DNA of 64,000 nucleotides from Thermoplasmata archaeon (GTDB lineage: Archaea; Thermoplasmatota; Thermoplasmata; Lutacidiplasmatales; UBA184), in assembly GCA_021819135.1 (NCBI GenBank), contig JAKASE010000005.1:25882-89881 (forward strand), read 5' to 3'. The position numbers and the translations under genes are program-made. Of the stretch, positions 1 through 7,365 are shown in pieces. The notes under the pieces are model-generated. The model saw nothing but the letters and a program-made list of their open reading frames with translations, was not told where the DNA came from and ran no database searches. Each line of letters opens with the position of its first letter. Within the stretch, counting starts at the first letter, position 1.

Positions 1-578
1 TCCCAGAAGGAGCGGTCCGGGATGCCGCCGTGCGCGAGGAAGACGCCGTTCTGGGTCCGGGCGGCGAGCGGCAGCCGCTCGAGCAGCCCGACGATCGACT
101 CCCAGAGCGGGAGGACCTCGACACGGGGGTAGGCACGGCCGAGCTCCCGCAGGAGGGTCGGTGCGGGCACCGGGATCTGCCGGGTTGCCTCGTGGTTGCC
201 GCGAAGAAGGATCACGTCGTCGGGGGCGTAACTGGCCCAGGCCAAAAGATACGCGACGTTCCATACGGAACCGCTCGGCAGCGCCGCGGGGTCGGGCTCG
301 GCGCGGGTCGCCCGATGGATATAGTCCCCGAGGCCCACGAACCGCTCGGGCACCGAACGGCCCCGCGCGAACCGGAGCGCGGAAGAGACCGCGGGCCAGT
401 CACCGTGACTATCCCCTATCACCGCGACCGGGCGGTCGGAGGGGAGCTCGACGAGCGGTCGGCCGGGACGGGCATCGAACGCCGCCCGGACCTCGTCGAG
501 GACCTCCCAGAGGTCGGACGCCGGTCGACCGACGAGCGCCGTCGGGTCCGCCCTCAGGCGCTCGGATGCTCGGGCCAC
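1..578 (-). CDS. PPP-family metallophosphoesterase (Ser/Thr phosphatase/ApaH-like), truncated at window edge
   Basis: Not in the ORF track. Manual minus-strand translation from GTG at 578 gives VAVIGDSHGD, LGDYIHR, LLRGNHE and FLAHGG, the calcineurin-like motifs. Confidence 0.85.
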   Translation of the reverse strand, partial: MARASERLRADPTALVGRPASDLWEVLDEVRAAFDARPGRPLVELPSDRPVAVIGDSHGDWPAVSSALRFARGRSVPERFVGLGDYIHRATRAEPDPAALPSGSVWNVAYLLAWASYAPDDVILLRGNHEATRQIPVPAPTLLRELGRAYPRVEVLPLWESIVGLLERLPLAARTQNGVFLAHGGIPDRSFW

Positions 579-621
579 GGTGCTCTGCCCCCCCGACGTG
601 GCGCGATCGCACGCCGCGGGT

Positions 622-2463
622 CTAGAAGAGCGGGCGGTACGGCCGCTTGAACAGACGCCACTCCCCGGTGCGCGGATCGTACACCGAGTTCACGAAGCAC
701 TTCCACTGCTCGTCATCGACGTGGGGGAAGTCCGCGCGGTAGTAGTAGCCGGGCCAGCGGGTCTCCTCCCGGAAGAGCGTGTGACGGAGGACCGCTTCGG
801 CCGTCCACCACCGGTGATGGAGCTCCCAGGCCCGCTGGAGCTGGTGCAGGTCCCGGGCGCCGAGGTGATCCAGGTCCACGCGGAGCGACTCCATGTGCGC
901 GAGCCCGCGCTCGAGCAGCGGCTTGTTGGTCGAGTAGTTCGCGCTCACGCCGCCGCCGTACTCGTCCATGATCTTCTCGAGGCGGTTGAGCCCCTGGTCC
1001 GGGAAGAGGACCTCCGGGTAGACGGTCCCGGTCGTGACGTTCAGCCGCTCGGTCTGCCAGTTCCGCACCGGACGGAAGACCTCGGCCTTGAGCTCCGAGA
1101 CCCGCTCGGGGGCCACTGTGGGCGCCCCGGGGTGGTCGCGGACGAAGGCGACCGCGGACTTGCCGGCGAGGCGGCCCTCCGAGTACGATCCGCTCGAGAA
1201 CTTGTGTGCCGAGCCGCCGATGGTGTCGCCGGCACCGAAGAGCCCCTGGACGGTGGTCATCCGGTTGTACCCCCAGTGGTAGTCGTCCGCCCCGACGTCG
1301 GCGGGACCGCTCGCCCAGGCCCCGGCGCAGACCGCATGGGAGCCCATGACGTACGGTTCCGACAGGATCAGCTCGGAAGGGGTGGTCTTCGGCTCGATCC
1401 CCTGCGACGCCCAGGTGACCGCCTGGCCGATCGTCATGTTGAGGAAGTCCTCCCACCCGATCGACTCCTTCTCGGGAGTGTCGAGGACCTTCTCCGTGTG
1501 CATCAGGATCGGGCCGCGTCCCGCGAGGATCTCCTGCAGCATGAGGTGGTTCCTCAGGCACGTCGGCATCGGCTTCGCGTCGGCGTACGCCCCGACCCGC
1601 TCGCGGAGCTCGGGGAGCCGCGCGGCCTCGTAGTGCTCACCGGTGGCGTTCGTGGCCGTCGCTTTGAGGAGGAGGAACCAGGCTCCGACCGGACCGTACC
1701 CGTCCTTGAACCGGGTGACGACGAGGCGGTTCTCCATCTGGGTCATCTCCGCCCCCATCGGGATCAGGAGGGCGTAGGCGGACCCGCTCGCCCACGGCGG
1801 GTACCACGTCCGCCCCGAGCCCTCGCCCGCCGACCGGGGCCGATAGATGTGGGAGGCACCGGCCGCCGCCACGATGACCGCCTTCGCGCGGAAGAGATAG
1901 AACGAGCCGTCCCGGACGCTGAAGCCGATCGCGCCCGCGACCCGGTTCGGGTCCTTCGCGTCGGGCAGTAGGTGCGTGACCATGATCCGCTCGTAGACCT
2001 CGCTCGCGGCCTTTCGGGTCGCCTCGGCGATGATCGGCTTGTACGACTCGCCGTGGATCATGATCTGCCAGCGGCCCTCGCGCACGTACCGGCCCGTCAC
2101 GGGGTCCGTGAAGATGGGGAGCCCCCACTCCTCGAACATGTGCACGGTCGAGTCGACGTGCCGGGCGAGGTCGTAGACGAGGTCCTCCCGGGAGAGCCCC
2201 ATGAGGTCGTTGCGGACGTACCGGACGAAGTCCTCGGGCTGGTTCTCGTTCCAGCGCATCCCCATGTAGCAGTTGATGGCGCTGAGCCCCTGGGCGACGG
2301 CCCCGCTCCGCTCGATCGCGGCCTTCTCGGCGACGACGATCTTGAGATCGCGGCCCCAGTACCGGGCCTCGTAGGCGGCGCCGCAGCCGGCGAACCCGCC
2401 GCCGACGATGAGGATGTCGCAATCGATCGTATGGGTCTCGGGGTCCGGGGAAGGATCGGTCAT
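622..2463 (-). CDS. aprA: Adenylylsulfate (APS) reductase alpha subunit, copy 1
   Basis: GGGFAGCGAA FAD motif, RSGAVAQGLSAIN, GRWQIMIHGESYKP, RFKDGYGPVGAWFL, PTCLRNH, HKFSSGS, ETRWPGYYYR; 613 aa; downstream of aprB. Confidence 0.95.
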   Translation of the reverse strand: MTDPSPDPETHTIDCDILIVGGGFAGCGAAYEARYWGRDLKIVVAEKAAIERSGAVAQGLSAINCYMGMRWNENQPEDFVRYVRNDLMGLSREDLVYDLARHVDSTVHMFEEWGLPIFTDPVTGRYVREGRWQIMIHGESYKPIIAEATRKAASEVYERIMVTHLLPDAKDPNRVAGAIGFSVRDGSFYLFRAKAVIVAAAGASHIYRPRSAGEGSGRTWYPPWASGSAYALLIPMGAEMTQMENRLVVTRFKDGYGPVGAWFLLLKATATNATGEHYEAARLPELRERVGAYADAKPMPTCLRNHLMLQEILAGRGPILMHTEKVLDTPEKESIGWEDFLNMTIGQAVTWASQGIEPKTTPSELILSEPYVMGSHAVCAGAWASGPADVGADDYHWGYNRMTTVQGLFGAGDTIGGSAHKFSSGSYSEGRLAGKSAVAFVRDHPGAPTVAPERVSELKAEVFRPVRNWQTERLNVTTGTVYPEVLFPDQGLNRLEKIMDEYGGGVSANYSTNKPLLERGLAHMESLRVDLDHLGARDLHQLQRAWELHHRWWTAEAVLRHTLFREETRWPGYYYRADFPHVDDEQWKCFVNSVYDPRTGEWRLFKRPYRPLF

Positions 2464-2475
2464 CGTTCCCCCCCG

Positions 2476-2922
2476 TCAGGGCGCCGACGGCTTCCGGGCG
2501 AGCGTCGGCAGCGCCTCGACCGCGAGATAGTCCGGCTCGAACGAGAGCAGCTCGCCGGCGCGGGCCTCCGCCGGCGGTTCCGGAGCCTCCTGGGGGGCTG
2601 CGATCGATCCCCACTTGGTGGTGCGGATCGGGAAGGTGAACTCCTTGAGATCCCCGCCGCGCATCCGGATCTTCCAGGTGATGTGGGTGTCCGTCCGGGT
2701 CGGCTGCACCGAGTGGTTCATCGGAGCGAAGTCGGCGTACCCGCGGATCTCGATCGCCGCCTCGGGGCAGGCCTTCACGCAGGCACAGCACTCCCAGCAC
2801 ATCTGGGGCTCGACGTTGTACGCCCGACCCTGCGCCGGGTCGATGTGCATGATGTCGCTCGGACAGATCGTGACGCACTCCATACAGCCCTTGCACTTTC
2901 CCGTTCGGACGAATGTCGGCAT
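2476..2922 (-). CDS. aprB: APS reductase beta subunit (2x[4Fe-4S]), copy 1
   Basis: Start at ATG 2922 (MPTFV). CKGCMECVTICP and CWECCACVKACP motifs, IRGYADFAP, and the C-terminal F-x-FPIRTT tail typical of AprB. Confidence 0.93.
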   Translation of the reverse strand: MPTFVRTGKCKGCMECVTICPSDIMHIDPAQGRAYNVEPQMCWECCACVKACPEAAIEIRGYADFAPMNHSVQPTRTDTHITWKIRMRGGDLKEFTFPIRTTKWGSIAAPQEAPEPPAEARAGELLSFEPDYLAVEALPTLARKPSAP

Positions 2923-3020
2923 GAGATTTCGGTACCTCTCGAGAGCCGCTCCGCCCCCCCGCCCGAAGGCGAGGAGGCGATTCGCAACCCTCGATGGTGC
3001 CCCGTAGGGGAGGGGTGGGA

Positions 3021-3062
3021 AAATACTTTCGAACGTACTTTGGACATTTGTCCGAATTTTTA
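3021..3062. promoter_or_regulatory. AT-rich divergent promoter region (aprB1 / mrp) containing palindrome TGGACATTTGTCCG at 3041-3054
   Basis: AT-rich patch in GC-rich DNA between divergent operons. The GGACA-NN-TGTCC inverted repeat recurs at 16838 and, degenerately, at 5819. Confidence 0.65.
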
Positions 3063-3216
3063 GGCAACCGACCGATCCGGCCCCGTCCCGCCCCGGCAGA
3101 CGACCGCGAATCCGGAACCTCCCCACCTGCGTGCGATCGATCCGAAGGGCCGGGCGAGACCGTGGCGAGGACCGCCAAGGGAGGGCTTACGTATCTCGAC
3201 CCTTCCCGGAAGGGTC

Positions 3217-4125
3217 ATGCCGGAACCGGGGTCGGACGAACCCCAGCCGCTGCCGGTGGTGGGACAGCGCTCGTCCCCGCCGGTCGTTCCCGAGGCCGCC
3301 TTCTCGATCGGGCGGCTCGATCGTTCCCGGGTCGGAGCGGTCGTGGCGGTCCTGTCGGGAAAGGGAGGGGTCGGTAAGACCCTGGTCTCGGCGCTGCTCG
3401 CCACCGAGCTCCATCGGCACGGCGCGCGGGTCGGCGTCCTCGACGCCGACATCACGGGGCCTTCGATCGCGCGGGTCTTCGGGGTCCGGGTGGTCCCGCA
3501 GCTCTCGCCGGACGGGCTCCACATCGAACCGCTCGTGTCGAAGGGCGGGGTCGCGGTGATGTCGATGGCGTCGGTGACCGCGGCGACCGAGATCCCCCTC
3601 CTCTGGCGCGGTCCGATGATCAACAGCGCCATTCGGGGGCTCTTCAAGGACACGGCGTGGCCCGCGCTCGATTATCTCGTCGTCGATCTTCCCCCGGGGA
3701 CGAGCGACGCGCCGATGACCGTCTTCCAATCGCTGGATCCCGACGGCGTCGTCCTCGTGACCGCCCCGACCGAGCTCTCCGCCGAGGTCGTCGCGAAGGC
3801 GGCGTCGATGGCGAAGACGTTCTCCGCGCCGGTCCTCGGGCTCATCGAGAACATGGCGTTCTTCACCTGTCCGCACGGGGAGCGCGTCGACCTCTTCGGT
3901 CCGTCGCGGGGGCCCGAGTTCGCCTCACGGATGGGGATCCCCTTCCTCGGCAGCCTGCCGATCGTCCCGGGCGTTCCGGCGCTCGCGGACGCGGGTCGCA
4001 TCGAGGAGGTGCGATCCCCCGAGGCGGCGATCATCGCCGACCGGGTCCGGTTGCTGGTCGACCGGCTGCGGCGCGCGCGGACGCCCCCGGCCGGGACCGC
4101 CGGCGGGACCCCGCCGGGGGACTGA
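3217..4125 (+). CDS. mrp: Mrp/NBP35 (ApbC) Fe-S cluster carrier ATPase
   Basis: SGKGGVGKT Walker A, LDADITGPS, WRGPM, LDYLVVDLPPGTSD, ENMAFFTCPH. Confidence 0.92.
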   Translation: MPEPGSDEPQPLPVVGQRSSPPVVPEAAFSIGRLDRSRVGAVVAVLSGKGGVGKTLVSALLATELHRHGARVGVLDADITGPSIARVFGVRVVPQLSPDGLHIEPLVSKGGVAVMSMASVTAATEIPLLWRGPMINSAIRGLFKDTAWPALDYLVVDLPPGTSDAPMTVFQSLDPDGVVLVTAPTELSAEVVAKAASMAKTFSAPVLGLIENMAFFTCPHGERVDLFGPSRGPEFASRMGIPFLGSLPIVPGVPALADAGRIEEVRSPEAAIIADRVRLLVDRLRRARTPPAGTAGGTPPGD

Positions 4126-4129
4126 CGCC

Positions 4130-4375
4130 GTGACCGACGCGCCCCGGGGCCGGCAGGAGGTCGCGGTGACCATCCTCCGCGCCGTCGGCGATCCGTTCGA
4201 GGCCGAGTCGATGGAGGCCGGGCCCGCGGTGTCCGAACCCTCGCATGTCGCGCTCCTCAATCGGCTCTTCTACGACAGCACGGTCGACCTCGGCGGGCTC
4301 GTCCGCATCGGAAGCCGGACGTACGTGTGCACCCGGGCCGGTTGGCGGATCGTGCCCCCGGGTCGGGAGTCCTGA
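4130..4375 (+). CDS. Hypothetical protein (81 aa) in mrp-dsrEFH operon
   Basis: GTG 4 nt after the mrp stop; its TGA overlaps the dsrE ATG (TGATG). Confidence 0.65.
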   Translation: MTDAPRGRQEVAVTILRAVGDPFEAESMEAGPAVSEPSHVALLNRLFYDSTVDLGGLVRIGSRTYVCTRAGWRIVPPGRES

Positions 4376-4731
4376 TGGGGCACCTCGGCGTCCTCGTCTT
4401 CTCCTCTCCGCTGCAACGGCGCTCGGCGACGATGGCGGCGGAAACGATCGAGGCGGCGGTACGCCTAGGTCACTCGGTGTCGGCGTTCTTCCTGGCGGAT
4501 GGGGTCTACTGCACGAGCCGCGCCCACCTCGCGGCCCCGGAGGAGACCGTCGTCCACCGCCTCGCGCGGCTGCCCTCGTCGGTCGCGCTCGTCAACTGCG
4601 GTACGTGCGCCCGCTTCCGCGGGCTGGACGACACGACGGTCCTTCCGAACGCCCGGAACGGCAGCCTCGAGGACCTGGTCGACTCCCTCGGCGGGACGGA
4701 CCGCTTCCTCACCTTCGGGAGCGGACCGTGA
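4375..4731 (+). CDS. dsrE: DsrE/TusD-like sulfurtransferase
   Basis: GHSVSAFFLADGV, NCGTCARFRG active-site region, GSLEDLVD...DRFLTF. Confidence 0.85.
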   Translation: MGHLGVLVFSSPLQRRSATMAAETIEAAVRLGHSVSAFFLADGVYCTSRAHLAAPEETVVHRLARLPSSVALVNCGTCARFRGLDDTTVLPNARNGSLEDLVDSLGGTDRFLTFGSGP

Positions 4732-5096
4732 ACGGGTCCGAGGAGGGGGTCCTCCTCTGGATCCGGCACGCCCCACACTCCACGGTCCATCTCGGCGAAG
4801 CGATCCGGCTCGCGACGATGGGCACCGCGCTCGGGGTCCCGTTCCGCCTCCTGTTCCTGGGGGACGGGGTGCGGGCCCTCCTGCGGGGCACCGAGGCGTA
4901 TCGGCTCGGACCCCCCATCGACAAGCTCCTCACGGACGTCGTGACGGCCGAGAGCCCCGCGCTGGTCCATCGCCGGTCGCTCGAGGCGCGGGGGCTGTCG
5001 GCGGACGACCTCGCGCCCCGGGTCCCGGTGGAGCTCGTGGACGATGGGGGGGCGGCCGAGTGGCTGGAGCGGTCCCACCGGGTGGTGCCGTTCTGA
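4728..5096 (+). CDS. dsrF: DsrF/TusC-like subunit
   Basis: GTGA overlap with dsrE; RHAPH..EAIR, LLFLGDGV, SLEARGL, HRVVPF C-terminus. Confidence 0.82.
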   Translation: MNGSEEGVLLWIRHAPHSTVHLGEAIRLATMGTALGVPFRLLFLGDGVRALLRGTEAYRLGPPIDKLLTDVVTAESPALVHRRSLEARGLSADDLAPRVPVELVDDGGAAEWLERSHRVVPF

Positions 5097-5422
5097 CGCC
5101 CGCGCCCTCGACGGAGCGCCGCTGGCTCCTCCTGCGAGAGTCTCCGCTCGGTCCCGACGAGGCGGAGATCGTGGCTCGTCTCGCCGATCGGCTCGTTCGG
5201 CGCGGGATCGCCCTCGTGCCCGTCCTCCTCGGAACGGCGACGTACGAGGCCGAACCGGCGGGAGAGGCGGCGACGCCCTCGGCCCCGGCCGCTTGGGTCC
5301 TCGAGGACGACGTGAAGGGGCGCGGCCTCCGACCACCGGAGGACCGGCCGTTCCGGTCCCTATCCTACGACGAGCTCGTGGAGGCGGTCATGTCGGCCGA
5401 GCGGGTGATCTCGCTCGCATGA
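5093..5422 (+). CDS. dsrH: DsrH/TusB-like subunit
   Basis: WVLEDDVKGRGL...SLSYDELVEAV..ERVISL; third gene after dsrE and dsrF. Start is either CTG 5093 (CTGA overlap, GGTGGTG upstream) or GTG 5060. Confidence 0.75.
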   Translation: MTPAPSTERRWLLLRESPLGPDEAEIVARLADRLVRRGIALVPVLLGTATYEAEPAGEAATPSAPAAWVLEDDVKGRGLRPPEDRPFRSLSYDELVEAVMSAERVISLA

Positions 5423-5817
5423 GCGAGAGTCCCTCCGTCCCCTTCGTGCCCCTCCCGATGCGGGAGGTCCGGCGGGAGGGCGCCGGGGACTCCCCATCCC
5501 CTCCGCCGACCGTGCGCGTGGTCTACGTCCGCTACCGGGACCCGACCCCCCTCGAGTTCCCCGATCGCCCGGAGCGTCTCCCCGGCCCGGTCTTCCATGC
5601 GGCGGGGATCCTCCTCCGGGAGGACGAGGAGTTCCTCGCCCTCGGGGAGGTCGCGTGGGCGGAGGAGAACTCCCCCCTCGCCTCTCGGTACGGCGCCGAC
5701 CTGTTCCCGGCGTACCGGAACGTCCTCACGATCACCAAGGCCGCGATCCTCGAGCGCCGGGAGGTCGCGTTCCCCGGCGACGGGGCCGGGCGGAAGGTTG
5801 GTACTGAATCCCGATAA
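5419..5817 (+). CDS. Hypothetical protein (132 aa) coupled to dsrH
   Basis: ATGA overlap with the dsrH stop; globular beta-rich core (VVYVRYRDP, AAGILLREDEEFLALG, TITKAAIL). Confidence 0.7.
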   Translation: MSESPSVPFVPLPMREVRREGAGDSPSPPPTVRVVYVRYRDPTPLEFPDRPERLPGPVFHAAGILLREDEEFLALGEVAWAEENSPLASRYGADLFPAYRNVLTITKAAILERREVAFPGDGAGRKVGTESR

Positions 5818-5842
5818 ATGGACAAACGTAAAGTCAAAATAG
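5814..5842 (+). promoter_or_regulatory. AT-rich promoter of tusA-dsrE2-sqr operon with degenerate motif TGGACAAACGTAAA (5819-5832)
   Basis: AT-rich stretch about 35-60 nt upstream of tusA; left half-site and spacer resemble the 3041 and 16838 palindromes. Confidence 0.5.
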
Positions 5843-5876
5843 CGAACCCCGCATGGGCGTGCTAGGGTTTGACACC

Positions 5877-6113
5877 ATGTCCGGAGCTACGGTTCAGGCG
5901 CACTTGGATGCGCGGGGTCTGTTCTGCCCCATGCCGATCTTGAAGGCGAGCCAGATGCTCGAGTCCCTCAAGTCGGGCGAGAGCCTCGAGGTGCTCGCGG
6001 ACGATCCCGCCGCCCCCTCCGACTTCGTCGCGTTCGCGAAGAGGACGGGCAATCCGCTCACCGAGCAGAGCGAGGACGCAGGGACCTACCGATTCGTGCT
6101 GAAGCATAAGTGA
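5877..6113 (+). CDS. tusA: TusA sulfur carrier, copy 1
   Basis: LDARGLFCPMP motif, LEVLADDP. Start ATG 5877 (alternative 5853). Confidence 0.92.
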   Translation: MSGATVQAHLDARGLFCPMPILKASQMLESLKSGESLEVLADDPAAPSDFVAFAKRTGNPLTEQSEDAGTYRFVLKHK

Positions 6114-6137
6114 GGAAATAGGAGGAAAACAGGGACC

Positions 6138-6593
6138 ATGACGGCGACCTCGGCGAAGACGCATGCGAACGAGACGATCGAATCCGCGAAGCGGGAAGGG
6201 AAGAAGTCCCTGGTCCTCGTGGTGTCCAAGGGAGGGGCGGATATGGCCTACCCGTCCCTGATCCTCGCGACGACCGCGCGGGCCCTGGGGATGGAGGCCC
6301 ACATGTACTTCACGTTCTGGGGAATGCAGCTCCTGACCTCCGAGGGGCGGAAGAAGTCGATGGACGTCTTCCCGCCCGAGATGCAGAAGGCGATCGCGGC
6401 GAAGTTCCCCACGGTCGAGCAGTTCATGCAGCAGGCGAAGCAGGCCGGCGTCAAGATCCACGCCTGCTCGCCGACGATGGACATGTTCGGGCTCACGAAG
6501 GCGAGCTTGGTGAACGAGGTGGACGACGTGATCGGCGCGAGCACGTATCTCGAGCTCGCGTCCCGGCCGGACGCCCTCACCCTCTTCATCTGA
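6138..6593 (+). CDS. DsrE2/DsrE3-type sulfurtransferase
   Basis: AYPSLILATTA, YFTFWG, GVKIHACSPTMDMFG, C-terminal TLFI; GGAGG RBS. Confidence 0.88.
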   Translation: MTATSAKTHANETIESAKREGKKSLVLVVSKGGADMAYPSLILATTARALGMEAHMYFTFWGMQLLTSEGRKKSMDVFPPEMQKAIAAKFPTVEQFMQQAKQAGVKIHACSPTMDMFGLTKASLVNEVDDVIGASTYLELASRPDALTLFI

Positions 6594-6617
6594 GACGGCC
6601 GGGGCGGGGGGTCGCTC

Positions 6618-7055
6618 GTGACGCCTGAGGAGCCGGCTCCCTCCGAACAGATGGCGGTCGTCCTCACGGAGAACGCCGACGACAAGCTCCTCCCGTTCGC
6701 CACGCTCGTGAGCGGGGCGGTCGCGATGGGTCTCCAGGTCGATGTCTTCGTGAGCTATTGGGGTCTCGTGGCGTTCCGCAAGGACGGGGCGACGACACCG
6801 GCGAGCGTGAGTCCGGGACATGGCGCGGAAGGCGCCCGTCTCGAGGCGGCGCTCCGCAAGCCCAAGGCGCCGTCCTGGCGGACGATCCTCGAGATGGCGA
6901 AGTCGCTCGGCGAGCTCCATATCTGGGCCTGCTCCCAGTCGATGGACGTGCTGGGCCTGAAGAAGGAGGACCTGGACCCGATGGTCGATGGCGTGACCGG
7001 GGTCGGAACGTTCGTCGACCGGACCCGCACGGCGAACGTGAGCTATTTCATATGA
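6618..7055 (+). CDS. DsrE2/DsrE3-type sulfurtransferase, second paralogue
   Basis: SGAVAMG, FVSYWGL, IWACSQSMDVLG, GVGTF, SYFI terminus. Confidence 0.87.
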   Translation: MTPEEPAPSEQMAVVLTENADDKLLPFATLVSGAVAMGLQVDVFVSYWGLVAFRKDGATTPASVSPGHGAEGARLEAALRKPKAPSWRTILEMAKSLGELHIWACSQSMDVLGLKKEDLDPMVDGVTGVGTFVDRTRTANVSYFI

Positions 7056-7315
7056 GCGCGGCCGAGGGAACCGAGAAGGGCGGGGCGGCCCCGCGCATGA
7101 TCGTCGACGCTCGGGGGAGCTGGTGTCCCGGCCCCCTCATGGAGCTCGTGCGGGTGATCAAGGAGGAGCCGGTCGGCACCGAGTTCGAGCTCCTCTCGAG
7201 CGACGAGGGCTCGCGGAAGGACGTGCCGAGCTGGCTGCAGAAGGCGGGCCATGCCCTGCTCGAGGTCCAGAACGAGTCCGGCTACGACCGGTACGTGATC
7301 CGGAAGACGCACTAG
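7052..7315 (+). CDS. tusA: TusA sulfur carrier, copy 2
   Basis: ATGA overlap; VDARGSWCPGPL motif, SSDEGSRKDVPSW. Confidence 0.9.
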   Translation: MSAAEGTEKGGAAPRMIVDARGSWCPGPLMELVRVIKEEPVGTEFELLSSDEGSRKDVPSWLQKAGHALLEVQNESGYDRYVIRKTH

Positions 7316-7365
7316 AGACCCAGGGATACGCAACGCATCGAAACGAAGGAACGGAGGAAACCGCG

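Noticed and set aside
622-2463. Succinate dehydrogenase / fumarate reductase flavoprotein call for the two FAD proteins
   Set aside because: Apr-specific motifs (AVAQGLSAIN, RFKDGYGPVGAW, HKFSSGS) and adjacent AprB-type ferredoxins; no covalent-FAD His motif.
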